Source: an uncultured delta proteobacterium
GTDB lineage: Bacteria > Desulfobacterota > Desulfobacteria > Desulfobacterales > JAFDCJ01
Direction: 5' to 3'
NCBI GenBank assembly: GCA_963723215.1
Contig: CAVRQG010000036.1
Span: 903-64,902 of the forward strand
Length of the DNA: 64,000 nt
In this document: positions 31,690-42,335 of the stretch, in pieces
Numbering within the stretch: position 1 is the stretch's first letter
Layout: each line of letters opens with the position of its first letter
Notes under the pieces: generated by a model
Seen by the model: only the letters and a program-made list of their open reading frames with translations
Databases searched by the model: none
Told to the model about the DNA's origin: nothing
Made by a program: the position numbers and the translations under genes

Positions 31690-31908
31690 ATGTCTGAAAT
31701 TGAACGTGCTTATACAGAGCGAAGATCGGGCAAAGACAGGCGTAAAATTTTTAGTTTTGGTCGGTTCAGTTACAAAGGTCAGGAGCGAAGGGTTCAACAA
31801 GATCGGAGGTCACAGGAGGAAAGGCGAGATGGATATGTCAAAATCGGCAAATGGTCGAGCGTGAAGATGCAGGATTTGAAACTGGCGAAGTATCTCCGAA
31901 CCCATTGA
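31690..31908 (+). CDS. Small Arg-rich protein with (E/D)RR repeats
   Basis: MSEIERAYTERRSGKDRR...YKGQERRVQQDRRSQEERR; GGGGG upstream. Confidence 0.6.
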   Translation: MSEIERAYTERRSGKDRRKIFSFGRFSYKGQERRVQQDRRSQEERRDGYVKIGKWSSVKMQDLKLAKYLRTH

Positions 31909-32045
31909 AAGCTCTTTAAGTTTGCCTGAAATCTATCCCTAATAAGGCATACTAATATCACCAATAAGCTCTATCTATGCACTTCTATTTCAATATTCCG
32001 AGCGACTAATCTTGTATACAAACCGAAAGGAAATTTGTTTCCAAT

Positions 32046-32393
32046 CTATTTCTTTACCAACGCAATGGCCTGAAACTTTTCATTCATAAAAAGGCTAACT
32101 TTATAGTGCTTTGGCTCAATATTTTTTTCAATCATTTCTTTTATGAGCACTTCCCTGGAGGTCAAGCAAAAATTAGCGATTCTACAGGAGCGTATAGCCG
32201 ATTTGCGAATAGTATCGCTTCTTGAATTGAGCAATTCGCTTTTAGCTCCGCAGGAAAGAATGTATCTATCAACCAGGGTCTCAAGTTTTGCACGAGTTTC
32301 AATGGTCTTTGTATCATCGCCTATCGCTGGCATGGCAAAGATCATTGTGGCTAAAATAATTGCTAAAATTGTGACGGATGCTATTGATTTCAT
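32046..32393 (-). CDS. Hypothetical exported protein
   Basis: Signal-peptide-like MKSIASVTILAIILATMIFAMPAIG; AAGGGG RBS. Confidence 0.6.
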   Translation of the reverse strand: MKSIASVTILAIILATMIFAMPAIGDDTKTIETRAKLETLVDRYILSCGAKSELLNSRSDTIRKSAIRSCRIANFCLTSREVLIKEMIEKNIEPKHYKVSLFMNEKFQAIALVKK

Positions 32394-32546
32394 AAGTACC
32401 CCTTTCAGCAAGTTTGTGCTTTATAATTTTGAATACGGTTGTTAAGATTGCCCCTCTTGCCATTTTTTATTCTTAGATCAAACTGTTAATCCGATAGGAA
32501 ACTATTTGTTTCCGCGCTTTTAAAATTCCTGGTCTCTCTTGATGAC

Positions 32547-32732
32547 TCAATTTTTCAATCGGTAAATACCATAAGGGGTAATAACCTCTTTTCCATGCAG
32601 TATATCAGCTATTATCGGGGTGACTTGGTCAAATATGTCCACCAAGGTTTCCATGATAGTTTTCTCCGATATATCCTCCCATCGACCCCCATCAACATTC
32701 CTAACTTCATACTTTGGTATATCAATTTGCAT
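32547..32732 (-). CDS. Small hypothetical protein
   Basis: 61 aa ORF with globular-like composition, co-oriented with its neighbour. Confidence 0.45.
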   Translation of the reverse strand: MQIDIPKYEVRNVDGGRWEDISEKTIMETLVDIFDQVTPIIADILHGKEVITPYGIYRLKN

Positions 32733-33331
32733 TCTTCGACCGTACCTTGGCTATATGTCTACAAATCGCTGCGCTTTTATCTCAGTGCAATTCGAAATCA
32801 AGTGAATATTCTGTGCGATGGTTTTAATATTTGCCGGGACAACCAAATATTTAACCGAAGTTGCACAATGTTTTAGGAAGCTAGGTACCAATATCTCATC
32901 CAGCCCCGCCTGGATTACATAGTTCGTCCACCCGTGTAAAACATCCGTCGGCAATGGTTATGCATGCCGCTTCGTGTTGAGGTTTGGTTGTTAGATATTG
33001 TTCTTGTAATGGGTTTCCATGTGTTAACCCGAATAATTTGGGGCTTTTATTTTCAAGTTACCTGATACTTTTCGAGGCGTCAACCCAAAATATTGAATTA
33101 ATACAATTAGTTATTTAATTTAATTTAATGGGTGATTATGCGAAATCAGATGAATTTATGAAACTGACTTAATTGGCTTCAAAAAAAAATTATAGAAATG
33201 AAGACGGAAATTTATCCCATAATACAGAACCGATTTTATATTTTGAGAAATGAATTTCAAATCAAGCAGAAGACAATTCTGGAAGATTAAAGTGAATAAG
33301 TCTTAGGAATATTTTAGTCTAATCACATTAA

Positions 33332-33600
33332 ATCAATTCTTGGCAAGCGTCAGATATCTTCGATAGTCCGTTAATATTCCCAGGCAGGAAAGGGGCCGAG
33401 CGTATTGATTGCTCTGCTGTAAAAAGGATTAAATCTAAAGTCGAATTAAAAAAGGGGTTTAGGATTTTCCATGGATTGTGGCACCACTACGGTGTTACAC
33501 TGGCTAATTCCGGTGAATTTTCGTATGACATGATCGGTGAACTGCTGACACATAAAAGCATCGTAAGCATCGAAAGGAACGATGCCCAGACACCCTGCTA
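33332..33600 (+). pseudogene. Tyrosine recombinase/integrase C-terminal remnant
   Basis: Hand translation: SPLIFPGRKG...FRIFHGLWHHYGVTLANSGEFSYDMIGELLTHKSIVSIERND; HxLRH has become HGLWH, the catalytic Tyr is missing, no start codon. Confidence 0.75.
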
Positions 33601-33855
33601 CGGTAGGTAGGAAGCCTAACCGGAAAATGGCATTTTTTCTATGACTGCTTTGGTGAAAATATCTTTTTAGTATCTTGAACTTTAGGCCACTGGTATTATT
33701 GAAGTTATATAGCAGTAATCTATAATTTACCGTTCCGACCACCGCTCGAAGATATCTTAAACATTTTTAGCCATTAAAAAATATAGCTTTGTTGGAGAGT
33801 ACCAGGTTTTAGAGCTATAAAGAAACCTGTGATATATCGGATTTTAAGCACCACA

Positions 33856-35785
33856 TCATTGTGAGGGCGAATGTTCAGGAACTCCTGCTTTACGCAGGAC
33901 ATCTAGTTCTTGCTCCATGATGGCCGGCTTACTTATTGCGTAATTCCGCTCCATTTCCAAACTATACTGGGGCCATATTTTCAGTGCTTCGGCTACTTCT
34001 TTGCGGGCCTCACTTTCTTGACCAAGTTTGATGTGCGCCATAGCTGACAATAGATAAGCCCCTACGACAGTACTCGGATCCTCTATTTCTCGGCTTGGGT
34101 CGATAACTTGCTCTGCCGCAGCCAGGCACTCTTCATAGCGCCCGGCCCGATAGTATGCCTCCATCAAGGGGTAATAGAAATACATTGGCCTATAAGGATG
34201 CAGTCGCATTGCTTTTTCACACATCTGGACAGCCTCTTCAAAAAATCCTGAATTAGATAAAGTTTGGCAGAAATGATGATGTGCATTGGCATCGTTTGGA
34301 CCAAGAGCTATGGCCTTCCTCCCTTCCTCAACGGCCTTGTCGTGCTGTCCTTGCCTTAGATAGATTTTTTGCCATAGCGAAAGGACATTGGGGTCTTTAT
34401 CATTCATTGCTATAGATCTTTTCGCCAGCTCAACAGCACGTTTGAAAAATTCTTCTGGTGTGTCAGTATAACCAAACCAAGCGTCGATAAAGTAGGTCCA
34501 AGCCAGCTGCGTTAAAACATGCGCATACTCAGGGTCTATTTCTAAAGCCTTCTCCAAAAACTCCCGTGCTTTGGCGTTACCTTCTTTTGTTAATGAAACG
34601 GCAAAACCCCGTCCTTTGACTGCGTAACCCCAGGCTTCCAAATTGCGCGTTGATCCGTACCCAATGCGGGCCTCCTCCCCTTCGGTCAACTTCACCTGGA
34701 GCTCAACTGCAATCGCCAGAGTGATCTCATCAAGTAGATCAAAGAGATCTTTAAAGTCTCGGTCGAAACGCTCTGACCAGATATGCCCACCTGATAAAGC
34801 ATCAATGAGCTGGGCTGTTATTCTAACCTTATCTCCGGATCTTAAAACACTGCCCTCCAATATATATCTAACGCCTAACTCTTCGCTGACTTGCTGGACT
34901 TTAACAGGTTTCCCCTTATAGGTGAACGATGAGTTACGGGCGATGACAAACATCTGCGGTATGTAGGAAAGAGCGGTGATGATGCTTTCACTAAACCCAT
35001 CAGCAAGATAATCCTGCTCAGGATCACCGCTCAGGTTATCAAAAGGGAGCACCGCGATGGAGGGCTTTTCAGGAAGCGGAAATGCCATCCTCTCCAAAGA
35101 GGCAGGCTCTACTACAGGAGCCGTGGGGCGGAGGTAGAAATTCCACGATCACAGCCGCGATGGCCAGCACAACCACGACAATCCCTCCTGCCAAAACGGC
35201 CTTGCGCCGCACAGTCCAGGCTTTTTTCTCTTCGCCAGCCCCAACTCCTGTCACCCTCGGCTCCATCAATACCCGATAGGCACTCACCGGCTTGGCAATG
35301 TTCTTGACCGTCTGTTCACCCAGATAATCATAGCCTAAAGGCAGCTTGGTCTCGATTTGATCAAAGGCCGTCTTGGAGATGCAGATGCCCCCAGGGTCTG
35401 CTAAAGCCTCCAGCCTGGCCGCAATGTTCACGCCGTCGCCATAAATCCGGTCTTCTTCCTGAATGACATCGCCAAGGTTGATACCGATACGGAACTGCAT
35501 TCTCCTATTTTCGGGCAGTTCTGTATTACGGGCATTAATCTCTTTTTGAACGGCCACAGCGCATTGCACAGCATCGACCACACTGACAAACTCAGCCAGC
35601 AGATTGTCACCCGGAGAGTCTAATACTTTGCCGTTGTGTTGTTTGATGAGAGTGGTGAGCACTTCACGGTAGGATGTTAGGGTGCGGACAGTGGCTTCTT
35701 CGTCATCGCCCATGAGGCGACTGTAACCTTCGACATCGGCGCTAAGGATAGCGGTGAGTTTACGTTTAAAACCTTCATCTGCCAT
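33856..35785 (-). CDS. Class III adenylate/guanylate cyclase + TM + TolB-like + TPR protein, frameshifted near 35146
   Basis: RKLTAILSADVEGYSRL, GDNLLA, RIGINLGDV, GDGVNIAARLE; PSIAVLPFDNLSGD; TPR repeats; removing one G gives VIWNFYLRPTAPVVEPASLERMAFP. Confidence 0.88.
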
Positions 35786-36301
35786 AACAGCACCCCCTTT
35801 TTTCAAGGTTTCAAACAGATGTACTCAGTATGTGGACTATTCAAAGAAACGAAAAAATCAGATGAGAAATAGGATTCGATTCTGAAAATGGAGAACCGCT
35901 TCAGGTCAGGTGGAATTGGAAAATAGAAAATGATTTATTCGCATTTATAGCAAAATGAATGGATTTAAGTCAATAAATATAATTGCTTCCATTGAGCGGT
36001 GATTAATTTCACCTGTCATTTAGTGAAATCTGGGATATTTGCCGATTTTAATCGTAATTTAAGTCTTGCCAAAATATCAATAGCTTGCCAATAGCTGAAT
36101 TATACAATAATTTCAGATAGTAAAATGATATCATCACGGTTCTCACATTTATTATCCAATTTGGGATCCACATTCAACCATTTTTTTCCTCAAAAATTTT
36201 GTAAAATTCCGAATCGAACCTGGCGTAGTTTATTGCAGTATGTGGATTGGACTTTCAAATCGACCTGAAAATTGAACCATGAAATTTAGGGTTTGCTGAA
36301 C

Positions 36302-36340
36302 AAAATAAAACGGCAGGGCCCTAAAAAAGAACCCCGCCGC
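36302..36340 (-). terminator. Rho-independent terminator downstream of hup
   Basis: Minus strand CGGCGGGGTTC-loop-GGGCCCTGCCG followed by TTTTATTTT. Confidence 0.65.
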
Positions 36341-36380
36341 TAGAATGCAATAACTCGTAATTGTTTACCCTTTTTAAAAT

Positions 36381-36650
36381 CTATTTAACAGCCTCTTTTA
36401 ATGATTTACCCGGGGTGAATTTAGCAGCTTTGGATGCCTTAATTTTGATCTCCTCTCCGGTCTGCGGATTACGTCCCTTTCTGGCCTTTCTTTTGGTTAC
36501 CTTGAAGGTTCCAAATCCCACCAGAGTCACTGCATCTCCCTTTTTCAATGCCTTGGTGATGGATGCAAGCACACAGTCAACCGCTTCCTGAGCTTCTTTT
36601 TTGGTGCTGACCACTTTCGCCACTTCGTTGATTAAATCGCTTTTATTCAT
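36381..36650 (-). CDS. hup: DNA-binding protein HU
   Basis: MNKSDLI, LVGFGTF, RKGRNPQTGE, FTPGKSLK. Confidence 0.96.
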   Translation of the reverse strand: MNKSDLINEVAKVVSTKKEAQEAVDCVLASITKALKKGDAVTLVGFGTFKVTKRKARKGRNPQTGEEIKIKASKAAKFTPGKSLKEAVK

Positions 36651-36750
36651 TCTTTTTTCCTTTCATCAATTTTGATTTTTGCCGCAACATACGTGATTAC
36701 TTGCCGTTGTAAGTCTGACACTATTTCGAAAATTTATCTGCCGGTGAGCA

Positions 36751-37113
36751 TCAGGTTCCAATCAGTTTCTCCATGGACTCTCGTTTGGTTTTGCAACCGA
36801 TGCAGAGAGATGTGACAGGTCTGGCCTTCAGCCGTTCAATGGAGATATCTTCGCCGCAATCCTCGCAGATACCATATTCGTCATTTTCGATATCCTCCAG
36901 GGATTGTCGTATTTTTTTGATCAGCATACTTTCTCTGTCCCTGATGCGAAGCATCCTGATCCGATCTGATTCATAAGTGGCTCTATCCAACGGGTCTGCT
37001 AAATTTTCCTGGGACTCTATCAGCTCGTCAACAGTCTCATCGGCTCGATTTAAAAGTTCTTCCAGCCATTGGGTGAGAAGGTTTCTGAAAAATTCTAAAT
37101 CCATTTTTTTCAT
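36751..37113 (-). CDS. dksA: RNA polymerase-binding protein DksA
   Basis: DPLDRA coiled-coil tip; CEDC...RLKARP...CIGC zinc finger. Confidence 0.92.
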   Translation of the reverse strand: MKKMDLEFFRNLLTQWLEELLNRADETVDELIESQENLADPLDRATYESDRIRMLRIRDRESMLIKKIRQSLEDIENDEYGICEDCGEDISIERLKARPVTSLCIGCKTKRESMEKLIGT

Positions 37114-37302
37114 GATCGTATTTCCAGTTTTTCGATAAAGAATTTGATTTGAACCGATGGCATAGCCATTGAAAACCCATGTCCTCCTAAATTTGAAAGC
37201 AGCGGTTTTTACAACTATCCGGAAATAAATACAAGTAAAAAATGAAGGCTAAATGCTTAAGAATGAAAATTCAATTTTATTTATTATTCACTTAGATTTT
37301 TT

Positions 37303-38535
37303 CTATGCATATAATTTCGTGAGTGACTTCGATTTGTTCCGCCCCTTTTTCATTGTGGGCAATTTCCGCTGCGGTTTTCCGATCCAGCGGGAGCGGCTTT
37401 CACGATTTGGTGCTGGTAATTCGTAGTCAAAAGTCGATAAAGTGCGTTGTTCGATTTCAGAACCGATAATTCGATTGATGGCGCGCACCATATCCTTGTC
37501 TTCTCCGGTAACAAGGGTAAACGCTTCGCCGCTGCGAGTTGCCCGGCCAGTCCGCCCGATGCGGTGAATGTAGGCCTCCGGGGTGGAAGGGATATCATAG
37601 TTGATAACATGTGAAATCCGGGTAACGTCAATGCCGCGCGCGGCGATATCGGTGGCCACCAGAATCTGAAATGTGCCGTCGCGAAAACCGTCCAGTGCCG
37701 CCTGGCGGCGTGTCTGGGAAAGATTTCCCTGCAATGAGGCCGATCGGTATCCTGCGGTGGCCAGTTTTTTATCCAAGCTCTTGGCGCGATGTTTAGTTCG
37801 CGTAAAGACCAGCACCGACTTGGTATGGGTGTTTCCCAGCAGTTTTAACAGCAGTGCCGTTTTTAAATGCTGGGCTACCGGATAGAGGGCATGACTGACA
37901 GTATCGGCCGGTGCGGTGATCCCCACCTGGACGGTGGCCGGATCTCGCAGGATGTCCCCGGTCAAGCGACGGATTTCGGGGGGCATGGTTGCCGAGAAGA
38001 CCATCGTCTGGCGTCTCTTTGGAAGATGTTTTAAAATTCGCCGGATATCAGGCATAAATCCCATATCGAACATCTGGTCGGCTTCATCTATAACCAGCAC
38101 TTCCAGCTGGGAGAGATCAATGCTGGAGCGTCCAATATGGTCAAGAAGCCGCCCGGGGCAGGCAACGACAATATCTGCCTGCTTCAGTTTCTGAATCTGC
38201 GGATTGATTCCCACGCCGCCGTAGACAGCAACGCTTCTTATTCGCGTCTGACGCCCCAATGTTTCGATATCCTGATGAATCTGTTCGGCCAGTTCACGGG
38301 TGGGGGCGACGATCAGGGCGCGGACGCATCCGTATTTGTTCCCCACCAGTCGATTAAGTATCGGCAACACAAAAGCCGCCGTTTTGCCGGTGCCGGTTTG
38401 GGCCAGACCCATTAGATCACGGCCTTTAGATACCTGCGGGATTGCCTGCGCCTGAATCGGAGTCGGAATTTCATAACCCGCCGCTGCAACGCCTGCGGCA
38501 ACGGAAGGATGGAAATTAAATGTTTCAAAGTTCAA
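37303..38535 (-). CDS. DEAD-box RNA helicase (RhlE-like)
   Basis: PTPIQ, AQTGTGKT, PTRELA, DEAD, SAT, ARGID, HRIGRTGR; TTG start behind GAAGG. Confidence 0.95.
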   Translation of the reverse strand: MNFETFNFHPSVAAGVAAAGYEIPTPIQAQAIPQVSKGRDLMGLAQTGTGKTAAFVLPILNRLVGNKYGCVRALIVAPTRELAEQIHQDIETLGRQTRIRSVAVYGGVGINPQIQKLKQADIVVACPGRLLDHIGRSSIDLSQLEVLVIDEADQMFDMGFMPDIRRILKHLPKRRQTMVFSATMPPEIRRLTGDILRDPATVQVGITAPADTVSHALYPVAQHLKTALLLKLLGNTHTKSVLVFTRTKHRAKSLDKKLATAGYRSASLQGNLSQTRRQAALDGFRDGTFQILVATDIAARGIDVTRISHVINYDIPSTPEAYIHRIGRTGRATRSGEAFTLVTGEDKDMVRAINRIIGSEIEQRTLSTFDYELPAPNRESRSRWIGKPQRKLPTMKKGRNKSKSLTKLYA

Positions 38536-38560
38536 TAAATACCTTCTTTCTGTGTTCTCA

Positions 38561-38590
38561 TAAAAAAAGCCCCGGATAATTCCGGGGCTT
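38561..38590 (-). terminator. Rho-independent terminator immediately upstream of the helicase RBS
   Basis: Minus strand AAGCCCCGGA-ATTA-TCCGGGGC followed by TTTTTTT. Confidence 0.75.
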
Positions 38591-38664
38591 ACGTGATTTT
38601 TAGTTACAACCTGGAACACTGCTAATTTTGAGAGATCATACAGGTAGTTAGAATTGCTGTCAAG

Positions 38665-38982
38665 TTAAAAATAGGATACAAATGTGATTCCGGAGCCCAG
38701 AACACCGAGATACAGCAAGGGCAAAATATTTCTCATGCTGATAGGAATATACAAAACACCAAGGCCTATCATGTGCAACAGATCTCGCGATCGAATGACG
38801 ACCTGCCGCCGCCGGATATCATGGATCGCAAACGGCAACAGTGCCACACCACCAATCAGAAACCGCAGAAAATTCAACTGAATCGCATCGATTCCATATA
38901 CCAGTTTGGAAATAACCTCAAACGGTCCGAAAATCAGAATAGTCAGGGTTAGGTATAGGTAGCCTTTATTCAAAAAATTCAT
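38665..38982 (-). pseudogene. Truncated, internally deleted DMT/EamA transporter
   Basis: TILIFGPFEVISK...NFLRFLIGG (first EamA repeat) joined directly to LLYLGVLGSGITF (typical of the second repeat); only about 105 aa. Confidence 0.6.
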
Positions 38983-39132
38983 TGCCCCTGAAAATTTATC
39001 GCCGGATACGTGTTGGTCGCGAGAATCAAGGCCGTTCAGGCTGATAATTGGTGTCAACTATCTACTTCCCGTTGTGACACAACCTTTTGGGATTCACCCC
39101 TAAGAGGGGTGGCTAAATATCGGAGTTATGGT

Positions 39133-39810
39133 TCATTCGGTCGATTTTTTTTCACGCTTGATATAGTCCCTGATCACTCTATAATCATCATCACTAAGCA
39201 TATTGACTTCGTTAAGCCATTTAAAGGCATCAGAGACGTTGAAAAGCACATGGGGTCGGATGTTGTTGGCTCGGACAGTCTCTTGCCCACCTTGCTCTCT
39301 GTCCAAAAGCACGACCAACTCGGTGACCTGCCCCCCCTGCTCTCGAGCAGCTTCTGCAGCTTGAATCACACTCTTGCCGGTGGTGATGAGATCGTCAATA
39401 ATGAGGATCCGGTCATTAATTTCCATCCTGCCTTCGATCTTTTTCCGGGCACCGTGCTGCTTTCTTTCCTTACGATAGTAGAGCATCGGAACGGCCAGCT
39501 TTTGGCACACAATCGTTGTGAAAGGAACTCCCGCTGTCGGAACCCCCAGAATCTTATCGAACTTGTCCCGGCCGACTTCGTTGTCGATGATGCGAGCCAG
39601 AGAGTCGGCTATCAATTCCATCGTGGTGGGATCTGAGATTGCCTGTCGAAGGTCTACGTAATAGGGACTTTTCTTCCCGGAGAAAAGGATAAAATCACCA
39701 ATTTTAAGCGTGTCATTTAAAACCAGTTCAAAAGCAATTTTTTTCGTAAGATATTTTTTCTCCGCTTGCCAGATGAGTTTTCTGATCTCATCATACTGGT
39801 CGTCAGGCAT
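39133..39810 (-). CDS. pyrE: Orotate phosphoribosyltransferase
   Basis: GDFILFSGKKSPYYVDLR, RKERKQHG, IIDDLITTGKS PRPP motif. Confidence 0.93.
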   Translation of the reverse strand: MPDDQYDEIRKLIWQAEKKYLTKKIAFELVLNDTLKIGDFILFSGKKSPYYVDLRQAISDPTTMELIADSLARIIDNEVGRDKFDKILGVPTAGVPFTTIVCQKLAVPMLYYRKERKQHGARKKIEGRMEINDRILIIDDLITTGKSVIQAAEAAREQGGQVTELVVLLDREQGGQETVRANNIRPHVLFNVSDAFKWLNEVNMLSDDDYRVIRDYIKREKKSTE

Positions 39811-39928
39811 TACTTAGGCTCCTTTTGCAGCTGAATCGTTATTGAGGTCGCGAATCGTATAAAAATTTCCAATAAATGGCAATACATTCTTATCCGTAAC
39901 ATCTGTCGATACTTCAGCTTCCTTGAGT

Positions 39929-41000
39929 TTATCGCAGTCCTTTGACAACTTGCCAGAATAAAGGCTCGCGTGTTTGAAAGACTTTGACCTTGTCTGCGCC
40001 GACAGGGATGGTTTCAGTTATTGGGATCGCAGCTGTGCGCTTTTTCCAGCATAATGGTGTCCGGGTTTGGCGGAAATCCATAAAATCGGGCGCCATTCAG
40101 CGACATAAACGCCTCCAGGTTATCGAGAGATCCTTCTGCCTCAAACACCTGAACGATATAAGGAAGTGCCGTCGGCATGTTGAATACACCCGCTGCCCCG
40201 CCGGTCTTTTCTTTATCAATCAATCGGTGAGGAGCCGAATCAGAGCCGAAAAAGAAGCGCGGGTCACCCGAACCCGCCGCTTTGCGGATGGCCAGACGAT
40301 CCGCTTCCCGTTTGACCACTGGCAGGCAGAACATGTGCGGATTCAAGCCGCCTACAAATATGCTGTTGCGATTGATGACGAGATGATGGGGCGTAACGGT
40401 TGCGCCCAATCCATACGCAGCCGAAAGTACATAATCGACACCAATTTTACTGGAAACATGCTCCAGGACAATTTGCAATTCCGGAAAGTGTTTGCGCAGG
40501 GGATCCAACTCATGGTCGATGAACACGGATTCACGGTCAAATATGTCCACACCGGGATCGGCGATTTCGCCATGGATCGACAACGGAATATTGAGTTCCT
40601 GCATGACCTCGAAAATGCGATAGACCTTCCTAATCCTGGTGACGCCATGTTCCGAGTGGGTGGTTGCTCCCACCGGATAAAGCTTTACCGCGGTTATCAG
40701 GCCCTCATTTTTTGCGAGACGAATTTCTGCGGGAGTGGTGTCATCGGTTAGGTACAGGGTCATCAGCGGCTGAAATCCATGGCCGGCCGGCAGACAATCC
40801 AATATTCGTTGTCGGTAGGCCTTAAGATCCTGAACGGTTCTCACCGGTGGTTGAAGATTGGGCATGATGATGGCGCGACCGTAGAGTTCCGCCGTGTAAG
40901 GCAGCACGGCCCGCATGATGTCTCCATCCCGCAGATGAAGGTGCCAGTCATCAGGACGTTTGATAATTAATTTCTTCATTGGTTTCTTCTCACTCATCAT
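39929..41000 (-). CDS. pyrC: Dihydroorotase (class II, E. coli type), frameshifted near 40043
   Basis: PDDWHLHLRDG, IIMPNL, KLYPVGATT, GSDSAPH; removing one A from GAAAAAGCG restores ...TIPVGADKVKVFQTREPLFWQVVKGLR*. Confidence 0.9.
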
Positions 41001-41042
41001 TTTTTAGGAGCAAAATCGTCGCACCTGATTAATCAAGCTCGA

Positions 41043-42191
41043 TTAAGGTAATAGTCTATTTTCGGCCAACAGGTTGGCAAAATAATCGAAAGGCATTACA
41101 TCAATGCCGTCCTCTGTCCGCAATACAGGCCCATGGGGATAGACGACAACCTTACGTTGCAGGCCCTTGAGATCGGCGATCGCGCGCAGTCCTTTGCACC
41201 ATTTTTTTGAAAATGTCCTGCCTGATTTTGCCTCTACCGCCACAAACTCCCGATTTCGCAGCAACAAAAAATCAACTTCGATTTCGATGCCACCGGCGGG
41301 TGCCCAGTAATACATTTCATCGAAAATTCGGCGATAATCCTTATATGCCCTGAGCAACTGAGCCACCAAACCTTCGAACAGAGGCCCTGTTTCTTCAGGT
41401 ATGAGAGTTCCCGAGGATCGTTTGATTGCCCGCACCAGGCCGGGATCACACCAGTACCATTTGGGAAGCTTTCGTTCTCGTACCCGCATTTTAGCCTCAT
41501 AGGCGGGAAGACGGAAGCAGAGAAGGGTTTCTTCGAGAATGTCGAGATACCCGGCCACGGTCGTTCTGGCAACTCCAGCTTCTCTGGCAATATTGCTCAC
41601 ATTAAGGGTTTGGCCTTGATAAATGGCAGCAATCGGAAGGAAGCGGGCAAATCCGGCCAGGTTTCGGACCAGGGCCTCGGCCTGAATTTCTTCCTTCAGA
41701 TATAACTGTGCATAGGCTTCCAGGGTTTCCGATTTTTCAACCGAGTCCCAGACAATGGGCAGCAATCCGAAATGAAGCGCTTCGTCGACATCAAGCGGCT
41801 GGTTAAGTTCTTCCGGCACAAATGGATGCATAGCGCGGTTCAACGCACGCCCGGCAAGCAGGTTGACACCGGCTCGTTTTAGTTTGCGGGCGCTTGACCC
41901 GCACAGTACAAATTTAAGCTGTTTTTTTTCGATAAACCTGTGGACTTCATTTAACAGTGACGGCAATCGTTGCACTTCGTCGATGACCACCCATTTGCCG
42001 GGTGGGACGGCACGCAGCTGACTAGCAAAAAGTCCGGGATTGGCCAGCAGGCCTTGATACGTGGTTTCGGACAATAAATCGATCACATGCGCATCGGGAA
42101 AGAGCGCCTTCAACCAAGTACTCTTGCCCGTACCCCGCGGTCCGAGAAGAAAAAAGCTTTGTGAGGGGGGGGTGAGAATTCTTTTCAGCAT
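41043..42191 (-). CDS. AAA+ ATPase with DUF4143/endonuclease-like C-terminus
   Basis: GPRGTGKS, IDEVQR, GSSA, LAGRA, KWYWCDPG, EVDF...VEAK. Confidence 0.88.
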   Translation of the reverse strand: MLKRILTPPSQSFFLLGPRGTGKSTWLKALFPDAHVIDLLSETTYQGLLANPGLFASQLRAVPPGKWVVIDEVQRLPSLLNEVHRFIEKKQLKFVLCGSSARKLKRAGVNLLAGRALNRAMHPFVPEELNQPLDVDEALHFGLLPIVWDSVEKSETLEAYAQLYLKEEIQAEALVRNLAGFARFLPIAAIYQGQTLNVSNIAREAGVARTTVAGYLDILEETLLCFRLPAYEAKMRVRERKLPKWYWCDPGLVRAIKRSSGTLIPEETGPLFEGLVAQLLRAYKDYRRIFDEMYYWAPAGGIEIEVDFLLLRNREFVAVEAKSGRTFSKKWCKGLRAIADLKGLQRKVVVYPHGPVLRTEDGIDVMPFDYFANLLAENRLLP

Positions 42192-42335
42192 TTCAGAACA
42201 CCATGTCGTCAATTTACGTCGATAAATGACGGCATCATAGTCAAAAAACATTCTCCAGTCAAATCAAAAGCGGCAAGCGGCACATTATAAAGTAAATATG
42301 CAACTCTGAAGGTGCAATTTTGCAGGACGGATTAA

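Noticed and set aside
33446-33742. 98 aa - strand ORF
   Set aside because: Opposite strand of the integrase remnant; no protein-like features
39984-40751. 255 aa + strand ORF (and 39010..39636)
   Set aside because: Antisense shadows of pyrC and pyrE
41043-42191. Anti-phage defence system
   Set aside because: A solitary AAA-DUF4143 gene, common in such genomes, with no partner genes
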